Shown: positions 6,382-14,191 of the stretch, piece after piece
Numbering within the stretch: the first letter of the stretch is position 1
How the letters are laid out: the number at the start of each line of letters is the position of its first letter
Virus record (IMG/VR): IMGVR_UViG_3300025502_000041
Span: 1-43,011 of that record
Source of the DNA: a virus
Taxonomy: Duplodnaviria > Caudoviricetes
DNA: 43,011 nucleotides
Reading direction: 5' to 3' (one strand)
The notes under the pieces: model-generated
Told to the model about the DNA's origin: nothing
Database searches by the model: none
The model's input: only the letters and a program-made list of their open reading frames with translations
Translations under genes and position numbers: made by a program

Positions 6382-6547
6382 GGCAAGCAGGAGGCAAGAC
6401 TCTAAAGAAATAAAGTCAATAGTCAAGAAAGCTAAAGTCTTAATGTCTGGCTGGCTTAGTAATCTTGACCATACCCCCACTAAGGAAGAGCTGGGTGCTT
6501 GGCAGGCTGGCTATGTTGCTGGATTAAATCAGAACGAAGATATTTAA
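6374..6547 (+). CDS. 57-aa hypothetical protein, paralog of 6211-6381
   Basis: MDRASRRQDSKEIKSIVKKAKVLMSGWLSNLDHTPTKEELGAWQAGYVAGLNQNEDI; overlapping start. Confidence 0.75.
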   Translation: MDRASRRQDSKEIKSIVKKAKVLMSGWLSNLDHTPTKEELGAWQAGYVAGLNQNEDI

Positions 6548-6720
6548 ACTTCTATTACGGGGTAAGTCTCTTGGCATGAGTAGCAGAAATGGGTATACTC
6601 TTTTTCTGTTGGCCCCCCGAGAATCATTTTATCATCACGAGCAAGCATGATCTCGTCAATTCCTGGCTTACCGTACCAAATCGGTAGCATTGTTTCTTCG
6701 TTGCATAGTGGGCATATCAT
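6544..6720 (-). CDS. 58-aa zinc-ribbon protein, leaderless
   Basis: MICPLC...PIWYGKP...ILGG...FCYSC (CxxC...CxxC); TGA-TAGAAT 6 nt before ATG. Confidence 0.75.
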   Translation of the reverse strand: MICPLCNEETMLPIWYGKPGIDEIMLARDDKMILGGPTEKEYTHFCYSCQETYPVIEV

Positions 6721-6846
6721 TAGTATATTCTATCACAAGATCTTGGCATTAGGGAGATCTTTGTTATATAATCGTTATGTTTCTATTGACTTTACCCATA
6801 ATACGACTGTATACTTGATACCTAACGTAAAAGAAAAGAGAGCTTT

Positions 6847-7068
6847 ATGCCAACGGTCTACACCCTTCCATCCTGTGTCCAGTGTGACGCAACAAAAAGA
6901 TTTTTAGCAAAGATTGGGGTAGCCTATAACACTGTAGACCTTAGCTCCGATACTGAAGCCTACGAGTACATTAGGGGCCTTGGGTTTAGCTCAGCCCCAG
7001 TTGTGGTCTTTGGAGATGAGTCTTGGTCTGGGTTCCAGCCAGATAAACTCTCTGCCTTGGCCGCTTGA
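6847..7068 (+). CDS. nrdH: NrdH-like glutaredoxin
   Basis: CVQC active site, APVV and WSGFQPD motifs. Confidence 0.93.
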   Translation: MPTVYTLPSCVQCDATKRFLAKIGVAYNTVDLSSDTEAYEYIRGLGFSSAPVVVFGDESWSGFQPDKLSALAA

Positions 7069-7093
7069 CTTCACCTTAGATTTTAGCTATAAT
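7065..7093 (+). promoter_or_regulatory. Sigma70/SigA promoter, leaderless start at 7100
   Basis: TTGACT 7065-7070, 17 nt, TATAAT 7088-7093, ATG 6 nt later. Confidence 0.8.
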
Positions 7094-7099
7094 TGTTCT

Positions 7100-7315
7100 A
7101 TGATAAAATATGAGCATAAGATGCTAGTCCTAGACAGCAGCCATTCCGATAAAGACCAGGCAGCGGTAGATTTATTTATAACGCAAGCCATCGATGCCGA
7201 AAGGGATCGAATCTATAATGACTTAAGCAATTACACTAACGGATACGATAGTTTGTCTATTGCCAAGTTTAGACTACGACAGATCATTAACCAAACAGAC
7301 GAACTTATATACTAA
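7100..7315 (+). CDS. Hypothetical protein (AERDRI motif)
   Basis: In-frame ATG of ORF 6980-7315 at the leaderless position. Confidence 0.7.
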   Translation: MIKYEHKMLVLDSSHSDKDQAAVDLFITQAIDAERDRIYNDLSNYTNGYDSLSIAKFRLRQIINQTDELIY

Positions 7316-7336
7316 ACAATAACGAGAAGGGTATCA

Positions 7337-7624
7337 ATGTTAAGACCGATTGAAGACAAGGTTCTAATAGAGCCAATAAAAGAAGCAGAGACAAAATCTA
7401 CATCTGGATTCATATTAACTAAGTTAGATAAAGAATCTCCAACAGAAGGTATTGTAGTTGCAGTGGGGCCAGGGATTGTATTCCCTAATGGAACCACCCT
7501 TCAGATAGACCTAGAAGTTGGAGACAAGGTTTCTTACTCTAGGTTTGCTGGCACCGAGGTGTCTCATGAGGGTAAAGAGTATGTAATCTTGCCTTACCGT
7601 GAAATCTATGCAGTGTTGGGATAA
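7337..7624 (+). CDS. groES: Co-chaperonin GroES (Cpn10)
   Basis: LRPIEDKVLI, SGFIL mobile loop, GIVVAVGPG, VGDKV, FAGTEV motifs. Confidence 0.95.
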   Translation: MLRPIEDKVLIEPIKEAETKSTSGFILTKLDKESPTEGIVVAVGPGIVFPNGTTLQIDLEVGDKVSYSRFAGTEVSHEGKEYVILPYREIYAVLG

Positions 7625-7627
7625 TCT

Positions 7628-8347
7628 ATGACTACTTTTATTAGATCAATGCCGGAAGAGCCAACAAAAGTTCTAGACGAAGGATATGTTAGATTAGTAG
7701 ACGTATTAGGAGACGATCTCTCTGTTGTCAACGCAGCTAGAGTGTCCTATGACAAAGAAGTTACAGAGTTTGCTCCAAGAGATGCTAAGCTCCTAAAATT
7801 TCTATTAAGAGAGGGGCATACAAGCCCCTTCCGTCATGCAGCAATGACCTTTGAAGTATACGCTCCACTGTTTGTTGCTAGACAGTGGTGGAAGCATGCT
7901 GTGGCCTCTAGTCACGTTGATGACCAGAATGGTTGGAATGAATCATCTAGGCGTTATATTACCGAAGATGAAAAGTTCTACATCCCGCTGCCAGAAGATT
8001 GGCGTAGTAAGCCAGAGAACAGCAAGCAGGGCTCTGGAGACCCTGTTGACATCGAATTAGGTCAAAAGCACTTTGACAGGCTCTGTGAGACAGTTGTGAG
8101 CGGTACAGAGGCATATCACGACGCTCTTAACGATGGAGTTGCTCCAGAGATCGCAAGGCTGTTTCTCCCAGCTTATGGCATGTATGTACGTTGGAGGTGG
8201 ACCGTGTCTCTGCAGGGAGTCTTGGCATTCCTAGACCAGAGGATGCCACACGATGCCCAGTTCGAGATCCAGGAATATGCAAAGGCAGTACTTGCTTTAG
8301 TTAAAGAAGCATTTCCTGAAACCATTTCTACTCTTTACGAAGAGTAG
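7628..8347 (+). CDS. thyX: FAD-dependent thymidylate synthase ThyX
   Basis: VNAARVSY, GHTSPFRH, PLFVARQWWKH, NESSRRY, GVAPEIARLFLP, AQFEIQEYA. Confidence 0.95.
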   Translation: MTTFIRSMPEEPTKVLDEGYVRLVDVLGDDLSVVNAARVSYDKEVTEFAPRDAKLLKFLLREGHTSPFRHAAMTFEVYAPLFVARQWWKHAVASSHVDDQNGWNESSRRYITEDEKFYIPLPEDWRSKPENSKQGSGDPVDIELGQKHFDRLCETVVSGTEAYHDALNDGVAPEIARLFLPAYGMYVRWRWTVSLQGVLAFLDQRMPHDAQFEIQEYAKAVLALVKEAFPETISTLYEE

Positions 8348-8354
8348 TCTTGCA

Positions 8355-8427
8355 GGGGAGTTAGCTCAATGGACAGAGCAGGAGCTTTCTAAGCTCTTAG
8401 TCGCAGGTTCGAGTCCTGCACTCCCTA
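8355..8427 (+). tRNA. tRNA-Arg(UCU)
   Basis: Full cloverleaf; anticodon arm GGAGC-TTTCTAA-GCTCT; GGTTCGAGTCC T-arm; no encoded CCA. Confidence 0.93.
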
Positions 8428-8454
8428 CTTTATGGTATAATTATCTAGATAACT

Positions 8455-9066
8455 ATGAGTATTTATGATAACGGTCGGACAGGAATAAGTCCGCAAAGAC
8501 AAGCAAGAATGGATGCTATGAAGTCCAAGGATAAAACCAACCCTGAAGAATCAACTAAACTTAAAATTGAGGATCAAAAGCGTGAACGCTATGAGCTTCA
8601 AGAATCTAAGCGGGCACCCAAAATACAGGTTGATCAGAAAGTAATTCTTTGGACCTGGTTGGTTGGCATTGGCTTAGCCTTCATCTCTTCGGCCATAGTA
8701 TCTTTTAATGGTATAACATCTGTAGCAACCTTTGTGGGTCTGTCCCAAGAGTGGATGGCCGGATTGTTCTTCTTCTTTATCGAACTTATGTACCTTCTTT
8801 TCTTAGTGGCATACCTAGTGCTATCATCTAGACTTAGCGACAATGGCAAGCCAGAGAAAACATTTGGAGCAATTGTTGGAATGGTTGCCTTTGGTGGCTT
8901 AGCTGTTTTAGCAAACGCATTCCACACCTTTGACTACTGGGGTTGGAACTGGCTAGAGCCTCGTATGTGGGCTGGTACGATACTTGGAATAGCGGCTCCG
9001 ATTGCGATCATTGCTGCAAGCAAGATGGCTTCCAGGGTTGTATTCGCTAAAGCAATTAGTCTTTAA
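8455..9066 (+). CDS. Multi-pass membrane protein, DUF2637-like
   Basis: Charged N-terminus then 4 hydrophobic segments; SFNGITSVATFVG...FFIE...ANAFH pattern; TGGTATAAT promoter upstream. Confidence 0.65.
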   Translation: MSIYDNGRTGISPQRQARMDAMKSKDKTNPEESTKLKIEDQKRERYELQESKRAPKIQVDQKVILWTWLVGIGLAFISSAIVSFNGITSVATFVGLSQEWMAGLFFFFIELMYLLFLVAYLVLSSRLSDNGKPEKTFGAIVGMVAFGGLAVLANAFHTFDYWGWNWLEPRMWAGTILGIAAPIAIIAASKMASRVVFAKAISL

Positions 9067-9172
9067 CTAAACTCTTAGAAATGCTCGACCCCATCCCTTC
9101 AGAGTTAATTAGTTTTCTTATACATGCTGCATTTACTATGCCACTAAAAAGATAGTGGTATAATTATATTAC

Positions 9173-9451
9173 ATGGTAAAAACTGCAAAACACCGTAAGG
9201 CTGTGGCCCTAGTTCTTGAAGAGCTTCATCTCTACAAAGAGAAGAACGGCTGTTTTGATTGCAGGAATATGTTCCCCCATTACATTCTAGAATTTGACCA
9301 CAAGCCTCAGTATCAAAAAATAGACGTTGTGTACCGTGTCCTAAGGAACTATGGGCCTGAGGCTGCCTGGAAAGAAGTTTCAAAGTGTGACGTGGTGTGT
9401 GCTAACTGTCATAAAATGCGTACTTACCAGAGAGAACACGATATTGACTAA
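9173..9451 (+). CDS. Small HNH endonuclease
   Basis: CFDC...LEFDH...KCDVVCANCH zinc/HNH motif. Confidence 0.85.
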   Translation: MVKTAKHRKAVALVLEELHLYKEKNGCFDCRNMFPHYILEFDHKPQYQKIDVVYRVLRNYGPEAAWKEVSKCDVVCANCHKMRTYQREHDID

Positions 9452-9623
9452 GCCATTGTCTATTGATGAGCAGATCCAAGCCGTACTCTTTGATATAAGT
9501 AAAGAGCTTAAGGTACATAAGATAGATGATGACAACTTAATTATTGAAATGGATTATGAAAAGCATACCCTTCAGCTTAAATCAATTTTAGAGGGGTATA
9601 GAAGTACCCATAAAGGTGTTTAA
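9444..9623 (+). CDS. Hypothetical protein
   Basis: TTG start overlapping the HNH stop, in frame with ORF 9351-9623. Confidence 0.6.
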   Translation: MTKPLSIDEQIQAVLFDISKELKVHKIDDDNLIIEMDYEKHTLQLKSILEGYRSTHKGV

Positions 9624-9629
9624 TACGTT

Positions 9630-10145
9630 CTAAGAGGCTCTCAGCGTCTCCATACGATGCGCAACGATAGTATCTGTAGCTTTTCCGTTACGATATAGCG
9701 TTAAGACCACTGCAGGATTATCTTCGCTGGCATTGATTGTTGCATCTGTACCTGGAACTTTATAAGAGCCACTACGAATTACTCTCTTAACCTTACCCTT
9801 AGCAGTTCCACCGGAAGACCCCCAAGAAACCATTTGACCGACACGAACATTATCCGCCTTGAACACTTCTGTCAGCCTCTTTGCTTTTGTAACATCTTTT
9901 CCAAATCCTGCAAACAGCGACTTGTCATCTTCATGGTCCTCGTTAGCCATCAGAGAACCATCGGGCATGTAGTGGTATCCCTCTGGGGCCTCTTCTTCGT
10001 CAGCACCGTATGCCTTCTTTGAGGGTACACAGTTTGGGACCATTCCGCCATCTTGTCCAGGCTTCATACCTCTTTGAACGTATCCATCCCAACAAGGAGA
10101 TTGCTTGTTAACGTCGTCGCTATCTTCTAGCATATCATTATTCAT
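9630..10145 (-). CDS. Modular protein with CWDGY and GYHYMPDG motifs and a C-terminal Tudor/SH3-like (DUF2945/Hva1-like) domain
   Basis: CWDGYVQRGMK..VPNCVP; APEGYHYMPDGSLM; VRVGQMVSWGSSGGTAKGKV; leaderless TATAAT-6nt-ATG. Confidence 0.7.
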   Translation of the reverse strand: MNNDMLEDSDDVNKQSPCWDGYVQRGMKPGQDGGMVPNCVPSKKAYGADEEEAPEGYHYMPDGSLMANEDHEDDKSLFAGFGKDVTKAKRLTEVFKADNVRVGQMVSWGSSGGTAKGKVKRVIRSGSYKVPGTDATINASEDNPAVVLTLYRNGKATDTIVAHRMETLRAS

Positions 10146-10357
10146 ATCTATATTATATCACACAGTCAACTGTACACTGACAATAGTTGCAACCAGAAAA
10201 TTCCTTATAGATTGTGTGACTTGAGAAGTGGCGAATCCTAAAAAGTCCATTATGGATCTAAGTGTTGTTTTGGCCTTTGGGTATGAAGTCTATCGTCCCC
10301 TAAACTGGGGAGCAGCTAAGTATACCATAATCTTGCGATGATCTCTACAAAAATATT

Positions 10358-10447
10358 AAAGCCCCCATACAGAAACCCTGGCGTAACCCGATATAAAAAT
10401 GGTAACTAGTCATCCTAAAGCGGCTAATCCTTGCCCTGTATGAGGAC
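10358..10447 (-). ncRNA. Putative ~90-nt rod-like small RNA
   Basis: TGT-TATAAT (10454-10459) upstream; 12-bp terminal stem GUCCUCAUACAG/CUGUAUGGGGGC with G-U pairs; no ORF. Confidence 0.65.
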
Positions 10448-10463
10448 CCTTCTATTATAACAT

Positions 10464-10494
10464 AAGAAAAGACGGACCACAGTCGTGATCCGCC
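10464..10494 (-). terminator. Rho-independent terminator
   Basis: GGCGGATCAC-GACT-GTGGTCCGTC followed by TTTTCTT, just after the stop of 10514-10921. Confidence 0.8.
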
Positions 10495-10513
10495 TATCTT
10501 AATGAATAATTAT

Positions 10514-10921
10514 TTACTTAGCAGGTGGAGCCTTTACCACCAACTTGGTTGCAGGTGTTGTGGCTGGCTTCTTTACAGCTAGCTTTGCAACGGCTTTCTT
10601 TTCCGCAGCCTCAGCAGCTTTCTTTTTAGCTTCAGCAGCCTTCTTTTCTGCGGTAGCTGCTTTGGATTCAGCAAGAAGCCTCTTGCTCACTTCTAGAGCT
10701 ACTCCCTCTGCAATACGACCAAAGCTTGGGTCCTTAGAGTTCAGGTAGCGAAGCAGGGTCGGAACTGCTGCTGCCCAGACACCGTTAGCTATGAGAAGCC
10801 ACTCTCCTGTGCCAAATGCTAGTGGTGACACAACCCCTGTGCTTGCCATAGTTGTTGTGATCAGGCCCAGTAGTGCTCCTAGTAGGTTTCTTAGGTATGA
10901 ATCAATCATTGCTTTGTTCAT
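10514..10921 (-). CDS. Holin-like membrane protein with Lys/Ala-rich tail
   Basis: Two hydrophobic segments, LRYLNSKDPSFGR motif, AEKKAAEAKKK tail. Confidence 0.6.
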   Translation of the reverse strand: MNKAMIDSYLRNLLGALLGLITTTMASTGVVSPLAFGTGEWLLIANGVWAAAVPTLLRYLNSKDPSFGRIAEGVALEVSKRLLAESKAATAEKKAAEAKKKAAEAAEKKAVAKLAVKKPATTPATKLVVKAPPAK

Positions 10922-10987
10922 TTTGTATTCCTTCTGTTTATATTATTAGTCAAAGAGCTGTGTGTTGTGCACTCACGATTTGTGAGC

Positions 10988-11356
10988 CTAGCTCTTTTTA
11001 TCTTCTTCCGGCAAGAACTTAACCAGTCCTGCTGCTGCTTTTTTAATCTGTTCCTCTTCCGCTCCCATTAAGGCTACAAAGAGTTCTTGCATTGCCTTTT
11101 GAACGTCCTCTATATACGTAAAGGCCCAATCTCTAGACTGGGAGAGAAACTTTATGAAGCCCTCTGTTTCTTCGTGAGGAAAGCTCCCAGATAGTTCAGA
11201 TAGTCTCTGGATCTCAGACTTTAATAGAATGTTATCTGCAGTTAGCTGTGTAATGATTGACATAAGCTTTCTTTTGTTTAGCCATTGACGAGCAATGACT
11301 AAAAAGCCCAAGGCTACTACAATGCTAAAAAAGATAAGGATTAATAGGTCTATCAT
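10988..11356 (-). CDS. Membrane-anchored coiled-coil protein
   Basis: N-terminal TM helix, heptad region, FIKFLSQSRDWAFTYIEDVQ. Confidence 0.75.
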   Translation of the reverse strand: MIDLLILIFFSIVVALGFLVIARQWLNKRKLMSIITQLTADNILLKSEIQRLSELSGSFPHEETEGFIKFLSQSRDWAFTYIEDVQKAMQELFVALMGAEEEQIKKAAAGLVKFLPEEDKKS

Positions 11357-11589
11357 ATCTCTTTACCCCCTTCTCTAACCAATAGCACAATCGCACCGTT
11401 TAGCTCTAGTGCGGACTTTACTTTGGCCATGTATTCTACGGCACTTCGTTTGCCCTCTCCCGTCAAAGACATGAACTGGTTCTCGCTGGCTTTAACCGTT
11501 AAGAAGTTGTCGTGGTCTATGATTTGCAAGGAAAAGTTTTTGGGGCCAGCCAAAGATCTGAAGGCCCTTCTCATTTCATCCGTATACAT
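11353..11589 (-). CDS. Hypothetical phage protein
   Basis: Coupled ORF (TAATG/ATGA overlaps). Confidence 0.75.
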   Translation of the reverse strand: MYTDEMRRAFRSLAGPKNFSLQIIDHDNFLTVKASENQFMSLTGEGKRSAVEYMAKVKSALELNGAIVLLVREGGKEI

Positions 11590-11873
11590 TATTTATCCAT
11601 CGTTAGATATTTCCAGGTCTCTGCCCATTCTTTCTTGGACCGATGCCTGCCGAACTCTCTAGAAATCTTACCCTTCTCGAGATAGACGCCTCCCCATACA
11701 CCGTATTCTTTTTGGGAAACTCCAACCGCAAAGCAGATTCTTGAGATAGGGCATGCAGCACAGATGCTATCTATTGCTGGCCTTATTGTTTCATTGTCCT
11801 CGTACTTGTCAAAGAATAAATTGACGTCGTACCCCTTACAAGCGGCTTGGTCTTTCCAATCATCGCTCTTCAT
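11589..11873 (-). CDS. whiB: WhiB-family Fe-S transcription regulator
   Basis: WKDQAAC...CAACPISRIC...YGVWGG; start set at MKSDD. Confidence 0.93.
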   Translation of the reverse strand: MKSDDWKDQAACKGYDVNLFFDKYEDNETIRPAIDSICAACPISRICFAVGVSQKEYGVWGGVYLEKGKISREFGRHRSKKEWAETWKYLTMDK

Positions 11874-12084
11874 ATAGGCTAACGATTTTGTCTGGAAGAT
11901 CCCAGCCAGATTCTGTGACATTAAATCGACGCTGCACGAACCATCTATTCTTCATAAATGCTCCGTTCTTTTTCGACCACCCTGCTGGATTAGGAAAGGA
12001 CTGAATAACGTCCCAACCACTCCACGACAAAGTCCAATTGCTTTTTACAATCTTTTCCATATTATCTAGTGATTTTATGTTCAT
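11860..12084 (-). CDS. Hypothetical Trp-rich protein
   Basis: ORF in operon overlapping the whiB start. Confidence 0.75.
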   Translation of the reverse strand: MNIKSLDNMEKIVKSNWTLSWSGWDVIQSFPNPAGWSKKNGAFMKNRWFVQRRFNVTESGWDLPDKIVSLYEER

Positions 12085-12158
12085 TGGATTTACCTGTACG
12101 TTGCCTTTTTTGTCCGTTGATTTTGTTGTCTATCTGGCTAAGCATATCCGCTAAGCTG

Positions 12159-12509
12159 TTAGTATCTGTATATTCCGATATCTACGTCCTTTGATTCTGC
12201 ATAATCTACAAGATCTGAGACTGGTTCTTTTGGCTTGCTAAAGTAGATAAAGTAATCTATATCCAGGATGCTTTCTTTGATCCACTTAGGTGGCACCTTT
12301 ATGACCCTTACACGAATGCCTCGGGCCTTAAGGCTTCTCTCCGACACGTTACAAAACTCATGGGCCATAGAGTTTAAGCTAGATGGCCCTGTTGAGTAAA
12401 TGTAAAACTTCTTGTCCGATGTACTCATTGAAGACAATGCGGTTCCCATAGCTCTAAGAAAGATTCCGTAGTCAGAAAAGGATTTGGTGCCTTGAATTCC
12501 TATTAGCAT
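12159..12509 (-). CDS. Hypothetical protein, possible SLOG/YspA (DUF2493-like) fold
   Basis: N-terminal IGIQGTKSFSDY resembles the SLOG IxGxRxFxDY motif. Confidence 0.55.
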   Translation of the reverse strand: MLIGIQGTKSFSDYGIFLRAMGTALSSMSTSDKKFYIYSTGPSSLNSMAHEFCNVSERSLKARGIRVRVIKVPPKWIKESILDIDYFIYFSKPKEPVSDLVDYAESKDVDIGIYRY

Positions 12510-12511
12510 TC

Positions 12512-12913
12512 TTACTTCCCTTCTCTAAGAGTTTCTACGATAATCATTATCTTATTCAATTGTACAGGATCCATGGTCATTGTGTCAACTACTTTTTGTG
12601 TTAATTTATCTATTTTCCCGTCAGGTGAGAGCTCTGCAGTATAGAAAGCCTCGTCTTGAATCCAATAAGCCTGGTCCTCAAATAAAACTATCTTTAAGTT
12701 TACCTTGTCAAAGTGAACCATTGCCTGTGTCTTAACCTCTTCAGCAGATGAGCCTGTGTAGACGAATGGTGAGTATGGAGATATCAGGTAGTACCTGTAG
12801 CTTTGGGAAAATCTTAGGGTAGGCGTAGTGTTTTGTCTTACGCTAGCAGATACATTAAAATAAACAAAGATTATAATAAAGAATGTTGTTATTGATCCTA
12901 TTAAGTATTCCAT
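12512..12913 (-). CDS. Membrane-anchored hypothetical protein
   Basis: N-terminal hydrophobic helix; in operon. Confidence 0.75.
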   Translation of the reverse strand: MEYLIGSITTFFIIIFVYFNVSASVRQNTTPTLRFSQSYRYYLISPYSPFVYTGSSAEEVKTQAMVHFDKVNLKIVLFEDQAYWIQDEAFYTAELSPDGKIDKLTQKVVDTMTMDPVQLNKIMIIVETLREGK

Positions 12914-12923
12914 AAATACCGAC

Positions 12924-13169
12924 CTAAGAGTCTAACCCTTGCAATCTATTCTCGATTAGCTTTTCTCTTTCGTCCACCACCTGGTAGGCAAACTTCTCTA
13001 GGTTTTGATATCCTGTAGGATCATTAGAAACCTTATTATAGTGATGAGAACAAAACAAGAGCTCTCCGCTAACTCCTACAGCACGGACGTATGCCTGAGC
13101 TGAACAAACATAGTCGCATCGGTCTATTGCCGAAAGGGTCCACTCTATTTTATCTGTTAATATTTGCAA
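12924..13169 (-). CDS. Small zinc-binding protein of a family conserved in Actinobacteria
   Basis: LSAIDRCD..CSAQAYVR....GELLFCSHH. Confidence 0.75.
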   Translation of the reverse strand: MQILTDKIEWTLSAIDRCDYVCSAQAYVRAVGVSGELLFCSHHYNKVSNDPTGYQNLEKFAYQVVDEREKLIENRLQGLDS

Positions 13170-13172
13170 AAG

Positions 13173-13352
13173 TTACCCCTTATCATTACTATAAAATCCG
13201 CTACCGCTAAAGGCAACTCCTACATTAGAGTATACCCTAGTGAGGCCTAAATTGCAAGCCTTGCATTTAGGAACAACCTCTTTGTCAGAGATTGACCTCA
13301 GGACTACTTCGTGTGCCCTGCATGACTTGCACTTGTATTCATATGTTGCCAT
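13173..13352 (-). CDS. FmdB-family zinc-ribbon protein (59 aa)
   Basis: MATYEYKCKSC...CKAC...RVYS..VAFSGSGFYSND; TAATG overlap with the endolysin stop; not in ORF track. Confidence 0.88.
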   Translation of the reverse strand: MATYEYKCKSCRAHEVVLRSISDKEVVPKCKACNLGLTRVYSNVGVAFSGSGFYSNDKG

Positions 13353-14191
13353 TATGGTAACTTAATTGTCTGACCTACAAAAATTAAATCTGGTCTCTTT
13401 ATCTTATTAAGCTTTGTAAGTGTAGCGACATTAGTCCTATACTTCCTAGCAATCTTTCCAAGAGTATCTCCAGAAACAATCTTATGAGTTTTTGGCTTTT
13501 CAATCTTTTTCGCAACAGGCTTAGCAACAGGCTTTACCGCTGGCTTATTCGCGACTTTCCTAGGAACTGGTACAACTATAGGAACAGTCACGGGCACAAC
13601 GAAGGCCTTTACAGAAGGCCCCTTGGCTGTCTTCTTTGTTGGCTCGTGGTTAGGCTCTGGCTCCACAGGATCTGTTTCTGGAGTTGACTCCTTAGCCCAG
13701 GCCTTAGCCTGTGCAGAAGCGTTTAGTGCCTTTATGAAGCCAACTGGTTCTACAAATCCCTTACCGTCTGATGACCATCCGTGCTTCTTGCCTTTCCAAA
13801 TCTCAAAGTGAAGGTGCTTTCCGGTGCTCATCCCAGACGTACCCATTTTTCCTAGGACATCTCCGGCACTGAGCAGCTGACCCACCTTAACCTGAAAAGA
13901 GTTAGGCTCAAGGTGTGCATACAACGAGGTGTAGTACTCTCCGTCTAGGTAATGCCTAAGCACTACGTAATACCCAAAGCCTCCGCCAGCAGCGTTTGAC
14001 TGACGTGCCTTGACTACCCGACCGTTTGCAAACGCCTCCACATAGGTCGTTCCGCTTCTAAGGCTTATAATATCTGTACCGTTATGGTGCTTCTTGGTCT
14101 TGTGAATTGGGTGAATTCTCCAACCCATCTTGCTTGAAATCTTCCAGTCTTTACCATATACGCCATCTAGGGGCTGTTGATAGGTGTTCAT
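13352..14191 (-). CDS. M23 peptidase-LysM cell-wall hydrolase (probable endolysin)
   Basis: HNGTD, YAHL, STGKHLHFE M23 motifs; Pro/Lys linker; HKIVSGDTLGKIA...LIFVGQTIKLP LysM; AAGGAG SD at the 14191 start. Confidence 0.92.
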   Translation of the reverse strand: MNTYQQPLDGVYGKDWKISSKMGWRIHPIHKTKKHHNGTDIISLRSGTTYVEAFANGRVVKARQSNAAGGGFGYYVVLRHYLDGEYYTSLYAHLEPNSFQVKVGQLLSAGDVLGKMGTSGMSTGKHLHFEIWKGKKHGWSSDGKGFVEPVGFIKALNASAQAKAWAKESTPETDPVEPEPNHEPTKKTAKGPSVKAFVVPVTVPIVVPVPRKVANKPAVKPVAKPVAKKIEKPKTHKIVSGDTLGKIARKYRTNVATLTKLNKIKRPDLIFVGQTIKLP

